A stretch of 64,000 nt of DNA from Leucoraja ocellata (lineage: Eukaryota), in the NCBI GenBank assembly GCA_036785375.1, contig JAWMAR010000140.1, positions 2,232,001-2,296,000 on the forward strand, given 5' to 3'. The notes below the pieces were generated by a model. The model had not been told where the DNA came from. It saw only the letters and a program-made list of their open reading frames with translations, and did not search any database. A program made the translations under genes and the position numbers. Below are positions 51,590 to 61,400 of the stretch, piece by piece (position 1 is the stretch's first letter; every line of letters starts with the position of its first letter).

Positions 51590-52530
51590 GCAAACACAAG
51601 AGAGAAAAGGAGAGGTGAAGTGTGCACAAGTACACAGAGGCAGAGTACTCACAGAGTGAGGGAGAAGGCAAGACGGGGATGGACGTGGTGGGGTTGGGGG
51701 TAGCGAGAGATAGACAGGCGGAACATCAATCAGAGAAAGGGAATCCCCAGGAACAAGGGGTGCAGGCAAGAGGTTGTGAGGGGGTGCACGAGCACATGGG
51801 AAACCGCAGCACAAGGAGAGAAACTGGTGCTTGAGGAAGAGATAAAGAGCAAGAAAGGATATACATGCAAGAGCGGCTGCATGTGTGCAAGCATGCACCA
51901 TGCACGTGAGAGAGAGGGTGAGGAAGGGTGTGCGTGTGCTGGGGAGACAGGACAGGAGAAAGCACAAGAGCAGGGATACACATGCAAGAACGGGCAAGCC
52001 AGTGAGGGAATAAGTGGACAAGAGAGAGCAAGAGAGAGGGGGTGAGAGAGAGGGCTGAGAGAGAGAGAGGGTCAGAGAGAGGGGGAGAGCAAGAGGGGGA
52101 GAGCAAGAGGGGGAGAGCAAGAGGGGGAGAGCAAGAGGGGGCAGACAACGAGTGAGAGAGCAAAGAGGCAGGAGAGCGAGTGATAGAGGCAAGCGCGAGA
52201 GACGGAGAGACAGCGAAGCACAATAGGAGGACCCGTGTCAGAGAGGGAGACAGCGAGAGAGGGATGGTGTGAGACGGAGAGAGCTGAGAAAGAGAGAGCA
52301 TGAGAGAGGTAGCGTGAGACAGAGAGGGAGAGGGAGAGGCAGAGGCAGAGCAGAGAGGCAGAGTGCGAGGCGGAGAGCGCAAGGCGGAGAGAGAGGACGC
52401 AAAGTGCAGAGGGAGAGCGTGAGCCAGGGAGAGCAAGACAGATGGAGGGATCGAAACAGAAACAGAGACAGAGAAGGAGTGAGACAGGGAAGGAGAGCGT
52501 GAGACAGAGACAGAGAGCGCGAGAAAAAGT
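51590..52530. repeat. GA-rich low-complexity region with a 14-bp tandem repeat (GGGGAGAGCAAGAG x4-5, ~52080-52140)
   Basis: Directly visible; explains the L/S/P-rich minus-strand ORFs. Confidence 0.9.
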
Positions 52531-52994
52531 CGAAGAGATTGAAATATTGCAGAGGAAACAAAAATGGAATGATCAAGATACATCTGTCAGAACCACATCA
52601 GGAAGAGAGAGAGTATGGGGGCCATTTATCATTCCACTGAGAAGTTATGGTGCATCGAGTGGCCTTTCCTGTCAAACCAACCTTTGAAATTTCCAACATG
52701 CCCTTAAACTTTTGAATAAGCATGTCTATGCGCTTCAGTAACTATCTGCCCTCTTAACTGTGGCCTGGCTGGTATAAATGGCATCTTAAAGTCAAGGTCA
52801 CCCATGTCACTTTGCCATGGGGCTTTGTTTAATTACAGTGCAAATGCTGACAGCTGATATAGACTGGGAGCTAGCAGCAGCAGCAGTTTGATTAAAGCTA
52901 GAAAAATAAATAAAAGGTAAACAGCGAGGCATGTGTTTTTCTTTGCTTCTTCCTGTTTGTGTAAGGTGGAGTGTTTTGTTTGCTTTTTTTTTAC

Positions 52995-53327
52995 CTGTTG
53001 CTGTGCTTTCCTGTTTGGGGCAAACTCCCTTGGATGATGTAGATAGACAATCGTCATCGTCTGGAGTGACCTGGATGCCAACCTCAACAGGTGTGGATGC
53101 CTTTTTGAGTTCACTGTGTGTCGGCGACGGTGGCTTATCTCCAGCTTTGTCCAGACAGAGGCTGCCATTGCATTGCTTCCTTTTGTGCTCAATAAAGATT
53201 AGAATGTCCCCCAGTGGGAAATTCATCTGACACTGGCCACAGGTAAGGAGGTCGTGGTCACCCTCAGGAGCTGCCAAGGTGCCATGTGCCTCTTCTTCAT
53301 CTGTGAGAATGGCTTCGAGGGAATCAG
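52995..53327 (-). CDS. BCL11A: BCL11A coding exon 2 (333 nt) with CCHC zinc finger ZnF0
   Basis: Acceptor ...tttgctctctttatgttcctccactgtag|CT GAT TCC, donor CAG|gtaaaa. Translation [68 protein letters not shown]...[27 protein letters not shown] matches recalled BCL11A better than BCL11B. T47/C48/H66 numbering is the same as human. Confidence 0.97.
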
Positions 53328-56300
53328 CTACAGTGGAGGAACATAAAGAGAGCAAAAAAAAATAATGAAAATCTGTGATTCTTCTCAGCAAATTGAATCA
53401 ACTTCAACTCCCCCACCCCTCTACTTTCCCTGCAGTAACAGACTCGGTTGACATGAATAGCGTTCAGAGCAAGAGGGTCGCTGTCCTTTTTAACTGCATG
53501 CTCTTCACAGAAATTTATCACGGCACGGCAACAGACAAAGACGGCCAAGTTTACAAAAACTGTTTAATTAGATTTCAAAGAAATTGGTTTCTTCCACAAA
53601 AACAAAAGCGCACTAGAAAACCAAGAGTAAATTTCACCAGAATTCCCCATAGATGAAACTGACTGCTTTAGGAAGTGCTGGTAATTTAAATTACAATGGT
53701 AGTGGAGCAAGAGTCAGTGCAGGTCTTTATACTTCATTTAAATAAATTTTGGTCATTTAAAGGAAAAAAAAGTCAGGGAAATAATGTGGCTTATTTGGCA
53801 CTAGGAAATTGGCTTGCTTATGTCAGCTCTGGTAGCCACATGAAACAGCTGGCTACTTACTCTAAGCTGCACGGCTCCAAATACTCATACTTAGAACGCC
53901 CTTTGTAATGGAAGCTCGTTCCTCCCTTGCTGCTTTTGTTAAATGCTCTCTATCAGAATCCAAATAACCATTTTTCCTGCACTTAGCACAAGCGTTATTA
54001 TTTTACCATAAACGTTAATAACATTGAAAGGGCTGCAACATATCGTAACCCCTTTTCACAGAATGCCAACAAATTGGTTTTAATTACAGAAAACCGCAAA
54101 GAACCGCATATCCATTTTAGACCTGCATCGCAGAGTTCTAAAGTTTATGTCTATAAGATTCCGATCACTGGAAGCTAAGTTTGCTTTCTGGTAGTGAAGG
54201 AAACAATCCATTGACAGCATACATTTCATGGCAACTTATTAAATTAAATGTGAATGCACCTCACCTACACCCTGGCAACCAACACTGACATTAAAGCATC
54301 TAGTATTTAGAAAATTATGAATAAATCGAACTGACTCGGTTTGCGTTGCAGTATTGTTACATGCATCATTAAGATAAAACATTTGCATTAAAAAGTGTCA
54401 GTCTATGTTCACCGATAATTTGATTTAATTTAAAAGAATCACGGCAATTGAATAGAATTTCCTTCAGCACTCAAGGGGAAAAATACTGCATAAGTACGAA
54501 AGTATTCTGCAAACTTGATTTTTAAAGCTTTTGATACCTAAAAAAACTGTTGAGGAAGAGAAAGATGATTTCAGTTAGCCTCTAGATTTTTTCGCAATTC
54601 ATTACTGATTAATTTTGAATGGGAAATTATCTTTCCATTGTATTTTATTTTGAACCTATGGTAAGGATATGCCCTCAGAAAAATAAACATAATTTACATA
54701 TACATGATTTTTTTAAATTAATTATTGAATAAGTCGTGCTCTGTAATCCAGACAAATAGCCCTATGATTTTTTTTCCACTGGACTTGAAACACCAGTACA
54801 TTTTCATTATTAAGAAATAGGATGTGAGTTTATATTTATAGGCTGTTGCTGTTTCATTCACGAGCTTTCCTTTCATTAAATTAATAGCGTTATTGCTGCA
54901 AAATATTATAATTCCACACTTCGACACCTATGAGTCAGTCCTGCTTTATGCATTTGAAGATGTCATACATTTGCTACCTAGGAATATGATAGTCAGTACT
55001 AGGAGGTTGATCTTGGTCTTTGAGAGAGTTTTCCACGAGGAATGGTATACCGTTCTTGGTAATATACAAATAGAAATTGTGCCGTTTCAAATCTCGAGAC
55101 CAAATCTTTTATTTCTATGTAAGAAACGGGTTGAAATTTGCGTTGGGTTATTTGTGATCATTATACCGATGGTAATGGGGGCACACACAGTATAATTCGC
55201 TCACATACATTGGAGACACCTTTACACTCAGCTTCCAAGAAAGCTACAAGGTTCTTTTGAAAACATATTTACATTTTATTGTCTCGCCAAAGCTATATCG
55301 AGTTTCAGCTGTCAGAATCTATTCAAACAATACCACGGTGTCTTTTCTTTCTGAGTAAAAGCTTCCGCGCCACCTCTGCGCGAATCTGCTACAATGTTGT
55401 GGGAAGCATCAGATGATTTTTTATACAAATATGATTTCACGAAACTATTGGGGAGTGTCGGCTTGCGAATGCCAATAAAAAGTTATGAACGACACACATA
55501 TAAGTGTGTGAGATCTGGGGGAGAGAAAGCGAGAGAGACGGAGCGAGGGAGTCGGTCTCTCGGTGACAAACTAACACTTGACCGCCGAAGCTCCAGTCAC
55601 TCTCGTTGTTTCGGGCTTGTGTTCTCTTTCAAAGCCTTTCCCGTGATAATAAAACCATCAGCGAACACCAAACTCCGCATCAAACACGTGCATCAAAGGA
55701 AAAGATTCGGCCAACAAGCTGAACTGTTTTTATATTAACAACTGCATTTAAGAAAACATCTGATTTGCAGTTGATCCAGATTTCTAACAGTACGAATCGG
55801 GGCACTGCAATATTCAGATTTGTTAAGAAATAACTTTTTTTTTAAATTCAGCCATCGATTTTAACAGATGGTGAAGTTGGGACCAGTGCGCCGAGCTTCT
55901 CGAGATTCCTTTACCTGAAATACCATCACATAGAAACAACCACAGAAGCCGGCAGGGTTGTGGTGTGGGGGTGGGGAAGGGGGACAAAGAGTTTCAATCT
56001 CTCTTTTTTTTTTTTGGATGGGGTGAACGTGGAGAGAGAACGAACCTGAGCAGTTGTTAAGGAATGGTGTTGAAGTTTGTGCAGGTTGCAGTCTTGCGCT
56101 TGGACTTGTTCTTTATGTTACTCTGCCTCCTAGCGACACGAACCGACTGTATCGACCCCCCTCCCTGCTCCGTCTCACCAACTTGACACATCTCTCTCCC
56201 TCTCCTTGCAACCACCGTGCCAATACTCTGCACTGAACACAATCCAACGCTGGCTTGACATAGACATACACAGCAGCCCGAAAGCCCGGCGTTTGTCGCT

Positions 56301-57603
56301 ATCACCGGTAGCTTCCATCTCCTTGCTTATTGCAAACACATGCACCTTTTCTGCAACTATTGCCCCGTTTAAAAAAGGATCGTTCAAACGCAAAGGAGAC
56401 TCGTCCTCTCGAATGGGTTGCATTACATTCGCCGTGTTGTTGGCGTCCAGCGCGCAAAAAACCGACCGGTCTCCCTGCAGGCAGCTTGGGGGGAGCAGGA
56501 AGCAAAGATCATAGTATCTTTGTCTAGAAGCCCCTGCCAGCGGAGGGAGGGAGATCCGCGGCCGCAGCAAGACTTGGGTTCCTGGCGAGAAACGAACGAC
56601 CCCCCTCCCCCCTTCCTCCCTCCCTCCCTCCCCTTTCCTCCCCTCCAAAGAAAAACATTACAAGTGTCAGATGCACAGAAAAGAATACATTAAAAAGTGT
56701 CAGAGACTCAGAGAAGATAAACGTTAAAATAAAAGTGTCAGATGCACACAGACAGGGGCGCGAAAGAGAAATACCCCCCCCCCAGTCTTGCAGCCAAACT
56801 GCTGAGCGGTTTGCAGGGAGAGAGACGGCGGGGAGCGGGACTCGGGAGCCCGGAGCCGGGAGCTGGGACAGCGGCAAGGAGCCGAGCAGCCCAGCCCGCC
56901 CGCCCGCCCGCTAACACGTGTGCCCGGGCTCCCCTTGCAACCTCCCTCCGCACTTGCAATTGCATTTGCATTTGCATTTGCACCAACAGGGGTTAAACCA
57001 TTTTAATGTGCAATTATTATTAATAATCGGGCGGGGAGGATTGCATTGGTGTGAAGCGAGGAAGCGGCGGCAACAAGGCGCGAGTGCCGGGTCGTGCAGG
57101 AGGTGCCGCGCACGCGGAGCCGCAAGCTCCTTGTAAACACACAACACGAGATTTCTTTCCCAATCACAAGCAAGTCCCGGCGAATTTTTTTTTTTTTTTG
57201 CTTTTGCATTTTGAAAATCTTCCAAAAACACAAACCTTCCCCCCCCCCCTCTCCACTCCACTCCACCCCCCAAACTCAGTGGAAGGGATGGAAAGTTGAG
57301 CGGCAACTTAAAGTTCTCGGGGGTAGAGATGTGTGTACACAGTACAGGGTGAAGTGCGTGCTCTCAGCCGGCGCAGGGGGAGTGAGAGTGAAGGCTCAGG
57401 CAAAGCAGGGGAGAGAGGGAGAGGGTGTGAGAGAGAAAGAGAGGGGGGCAAGGAGGAGAATGAAAGGCAAAGGTCCGACAGCGTGCGCTCTATGGGGCTG
57501 CAGGATCACCGCTGCAAACTCACTCAGATGCGAGAGTTAACAGGATGATGATCGCGAACTCTTTGGGAGCTGCACTTGTGGAGAAGGGCAAGTGTAGCCG
57601 GCG

Positions 57604-57639
<36 letters not shown>

Positions 57640-57926
57640 CCCGGGTCAGCGCCAGACTTGCCCCGCTTGTCCCCCTCTCCTCTCCCTCCACTCTCTCCCC
57701 TCCACTCTCTCCCCTCCACTCTGCCCGCTGCTGCTGCTGCTGCTGCTGTTGCTGCTGCTGCCAGCCCAGCGCTCCAGCGCTCCCCGCACTGCTCCAACCA
57801 TCAATTCTTTCCCCCCTCACTCTTTACTTTCACACGGGCTTTTCTCTCCCACCCCCCCCCCCCAAATTAAATTTAAAAAATAAGGAAAAAAGTGCAGCAA
57901 GAGCAACAGAATCAAAGGATACTTAC
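53328..57926 (-). other. BCL11A: BCL11A intron 1 (4.6 kb, GT-AG), CpG-rich in its proximal part
   Basis: Bounded by the GTAAGT donor (57926) and the TAG acceptor (53328). Confidence 0.93.
57602..57761. repeat. (GCCT)n and (CTG)n microsatellites in proximal intron 1
   Basis: (GCCT)~9 at 57603-57640 and interrupted (CTG)~11 at 57728-57760. Confidence 0.92.
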
Positions 57927-57981
57927 GTGAAAATTCCCGTTTGCTCAAGTGCTGAGGGTTGCCCTGCTTGCGGCGAGACAT
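57927..57981 (-). CDS. BCL11A: BCL11A coding exon 1 (55 nt; MSRRKQGNPQHLSKREFS + 1 nt), NuRD/RBBP4-binding N-terminal motif
   Basis: Reverse complement reads ATG TCT CGC CGC AAG CAG GGC AAC CCT CAG CAC TTG AGC AAA CGG GAA TTT TCA C|gtaagt. Consensus donor, phase 1, joins exon 2 in frame (C+CT=Pro). Absent from the ORF track because it is short. Confidence 0.96.
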
Positions 57982-58190
57982 GCTCGGTCACATCGGGAGC
58001 GGGAAGAAGGAGACTCCAGAGAAAATATCTTCATCAATGGCTTGACATAAAATAAATTAGAAATAATACAAAGATGGCGCATGGAGATGGATTGTGGGAT
58101 AGCCGTCATGGCTTTAAAACCACCAAGTTCAAGTGCGTACGTGACGTGCCCGCGAACTTGAACGTCAGGAGGTGGCTGGGCAGGGCGAGA
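57982..58190 (-). promoter_or_regulatory. BCL11A: BCL11A 5'UTR (non-coding part of exon 1), approximate TSS near 58190
   Basis: Minus strand CTCCTGACGTTCAAGTTCGC..ACGTCACGT.CGCACTTGAACTTG and GCCATGACGGCT.TCCCACAAT..GCGCCATCTTTGTATTATTTCTAATTTATTTT..GATGAAGATATTTTCTCTGGAGTCTCCTTCTT closely follows the human BCL11A leader as I recall it. YY1-like AAGATGGCG at 58071-58079 (+). The TSS is inferred. Confidence 0.75.
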
Positions 58191-58400
58191 GGAGAGAGCA
58201 AGCCAATGATACATACCCTGGGACACGGGGCTGGACAAACCCCTGTGCTCAGAGAGAGAGGGAGAGGGAGGGAGACACACACACACACACTCTCTCTCAC
58301 ACACACATCCAATAGGCGCAGCTTCAAGCTGCTTCCAGTCAATCCATCAAAGCCTCCCTCTCTCAAAGCCACTCCACCCTCCGCCCCTTCCATCTTCCCT
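58191..58400 (-). promoter_or_regulatory. BCL11A: BCL11A proximal promoter
   Basis: Two CCAAT boxes (AGCCAATGA 58201; CCAAT 58309), GA/CA tracts, GC-box-like CTCCGCCCC at ~58379; no clear TATA box. Confidence 0.6.
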
Positions 58401-61400
58401 GTGCCAGCTCTGGGCTGTTCGCAACTCCATGGGCACAGAGTCACTGGCCAAATTCATGCAGCCAAGCACGCAGGTTTACACATCTTCAGCACTAGTGCAA
58501 GGAACCAGACATTAAAACGCGCACACGCAAATGTGTGTGTGTGTGCATATACATGTAAATGTGTGTGTGTGTGAATGCGAAAGTTCCTCTTGTCACCTAC
58601 AGCAAAGGGCCGGCTTTATTCACAAAACTAATCACTCGGGAAATAAACGAGATTTGCAAAGTATTCTACCGAATAAATAACAAAACGAGGATTAGCTTTA
58701 TAATATTCGATGGCGTACACGCGAGCCCAGATGGTGCAGATGGAGAATAAAACATACCTACATTTGAATATAATTCTACATTAAAATCAGAAATCTAGTC
58801 CATGAATTTCTCACACTATCGGGCAAAAACAACAGTTCGTGGGGATTGCTGAGACTTTCTGTGCGTACGTAGTTTTTTTTTAAATATACGTTTATTTTGT
58901 AAATATAAGTGTCCTCGGCTATCTGTTTTGTGGGACATTACCTGTTAACCACAGATGTGTTGTCTTCGGTTACTTATCAGTGAATATTTCACAAGATTTA
59001 CAATGCATCAAGCGAATCTATAATGCAAAGTGAAAATACTAATCCTATTATTTTTCTACCCTTTGTGCCGCTCTTCTATGCAGTGTACTAATTCGAGAGC
59101 GGATTAATAATTGAGCTTCATGCTTTCTCGTTTTTCAATGGGTTTCCAGGTATTTTAGTAGCAGGTATTTGAGTTGAATGAAAATCGTAGTTAAAAATTG
59201 TAATGCAGTTTCTCATTTCGAAGCAGATATGCATTCTGAGATGAGAGTTTTCAAGTGACCTTTGTAAGATTTTGCACCTGTATCGATCGCTTTATTTTTT
59301 TTAAGTAATAAGGTTTCAAAGCACATTATGTATTAAAGGAAAAATGATTGTATGTTAATTATGTTGCCCATGGTAATACTTGAATGATTTCATTAAAGGT
59401 GATAGCTGGAACTCTGATAAATCAATAACAAAATAAAACATTTTTTTTGCTAAACCTCCCCATCGATGTCGATTTAAAACAAAAATCTGCACAACAAACA
59501 AAAAAAAGTGTACTTTGCAATTAGAAAGTCATAAATAAGGAGAGATTTATCGCTAATACATGGCATTGGAATTCGGAGAAATATCGATCAGGGCAGATGG
59601 CTAAGACCATCTTGTGTTGTACTATGCATTGATGTAACGGGAAGCATAAACTGTACAAGATTTGAGGGTCGCCTTTGATTCATTGTTTCCGTGAAGTCTG
59701 AGAACTGTACATCACCACCACCACCATCTTCCACACCAACCCCCGCCCCCAGCCCCAAAATGTAACGTGGTGTATGTGGTGGTGTTTTTTTTAATTGAGT
59801 ATAGACGTTTTTAGCTGGAGGCTGTGGACGCGAATATGGCCAACACAACAGTTCAGACAGCAGAAGTGAAATTGAACTCATTTGTGATCAATGGTGGGAT
59901 GTGTTAACAGAGACTTCGCCATTTTTTTGTTTTCACTAGATGTGACAAGTGGTTGAAGGGGTTATCTATTTTTACTCTGACGCTCAACGATCAGATACGA
60001 CCTGCGGTTGCAGCTGCACTGTCCCTCTTTCAGGAGGAAGTTAGGTTACTTTAAGTCATGCCTTTTAAACTATATGGTTTAGTGACTCCTAACCCGGAGT
60101 AGATGGCACTTCTATTAAAACAATAAAAGTACATTTCACATCTGCAAGGATTCCAAATTACTGTAGGTTATGTTGTTTTGAACGTGCGGTTTTCTGCAGG
60201 AAAGGGTTCTGTAAATTTATGGGGAAAGAGTGCAAAGAGTCGCAGAACTGCATGGGAGCCAAGTTCCTTCCAACGGACCTCCCCCACTTCTAATGCAAAA
60301 TGATTTCTGATCTAATCTGCATCTGGGAGCTGGCTGCTAACCTGGTCAGCTTGTATCTGCCATTTTACCCAGTAGTCACTGAACTGAGCTGGCTGATCCA
60401 TTTATTGGCGAGACCCAGCCAAACTAAAACGTAGTCCTGGGTTCTTCACTCGTTCGTGATTAAAAACTATTGGCGCGGCCAAATAAAAGTTACTTTAAGT
60501 GTCTGCAACGTTCGCCCACTTAAACTCCGACCCAGCAGCACAATGGTCCCCATAAAAACGATCGAATGACTGGAGAAGGGAAGGGGCGGTTGCACGCATT
60601 CAGCTGCGAATTGTGGACAAGTCGGTAACGAAAGAGTTAATTCTATCTTTTGATTAGCTCACTAACAATAACTTTATGCCATGCATCCAATGACTGGCGC
60701 TGTGTATTCAAAGTCGGCTGATTTGTTTAATAAATGTGCCGAGCGTGTATCTGCGTGTGTCTTTTTTTTTCCAAAGAAGTGTTTGGCTACTCGTATTTTT
60801 TAATGCATCTAATAATTATTTTAGCATTCAGAGCAGCGTCGAACCGTTTCACTTGTGACTCCTTTTATTCGCAGAAACCCCTATGGGTGCCTCCGAGCAA
60901 AGCAAGTCAACGATCTATCACGCAGCCGATTCAATAGCAGGCTGAGCTAACCTTGACCTCTACCTAGACCTCGCTCCATCTGGTGCCAGGGTGTTTTTTC
61001 ATAATGTTGATGCCTCGCAGTCAAAATTGATCAACGCGGAATCGACCGCCTGACCTCCTCAAGGAGCGTTGCGAGGTAACCTGACTGCTTGAAAACCGAG
61101 AGAGCCATGTGCAAAACATGGGCAGGAAAATTGAGTGTCCGCTTGGTCGCATTTCAATATGTAAATGATCAGGCATTAGCAGTCGCGACCCATCCGCCAA
61201 ATAAATCAAACCACTCCGCCGTTCTGTCATTATTTTTTTTTCTACATCATTTAGTAAATTGACTTTTTTTTTAAAGCCCCGCTTTTAGACCGTGTGTAGT
61301 AGAATTGGTCCCCCACCCTTGCTCGGCGGCTAGGGCCCTGTTGTTAGCGACTGTGATCAAATGTTTGCATAATCTACATAGCTACACTGGACAGTGAACA

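Larger units (their letters stand above)
1..52994 (-). other. BCL11A: BCL11A intron 2 (partial; probably continues beyond the window start)
   Basis: Begins at the GT donor at 52994. No recognisable exon 3 or C2H2 zinc-finger exon downstream in the window. Intron 2 is known to be very long in vertebrates. A diverged small exon could have been missed. Confidence 0.75.
56000..58250. promoter_or_regulatory. CpG-island-like region over exon 1 and proximal intron 1
   Basis: Visibly high GC and CpG density (e.g. 56820-57130) compared with the CpG-poor 1-43 kb; not computed. Confidence 0.7.

Noticed and set aside
51533-52583. Long minus-strand ORFs (219 and 285 aa)
   Set aside because: Produced by CT-rich low-complexity sequence lacking stop codons.
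52807-53391. 194-aa ORF as a complete protein or exon-2 read-through isoform
   Set aside because: Only 52995-53327 is BCL11A-like and is bounded by canonical splice sites. The flanks translate intron sequence, and I saw no convincing minus-strand poly(A) signal after the stop.
55365-55383. CTCF site (AGGTGGCGC on the minus strand)
   Set aside because: The 5' half of the consensus matches poorly; not supportable from sequence alone.
57524-58055. polyQ, polyA, polyC and polyL ORFs
   Set aside because: Translations of intronic (CTG)n and (GCCT)n microsatellites.
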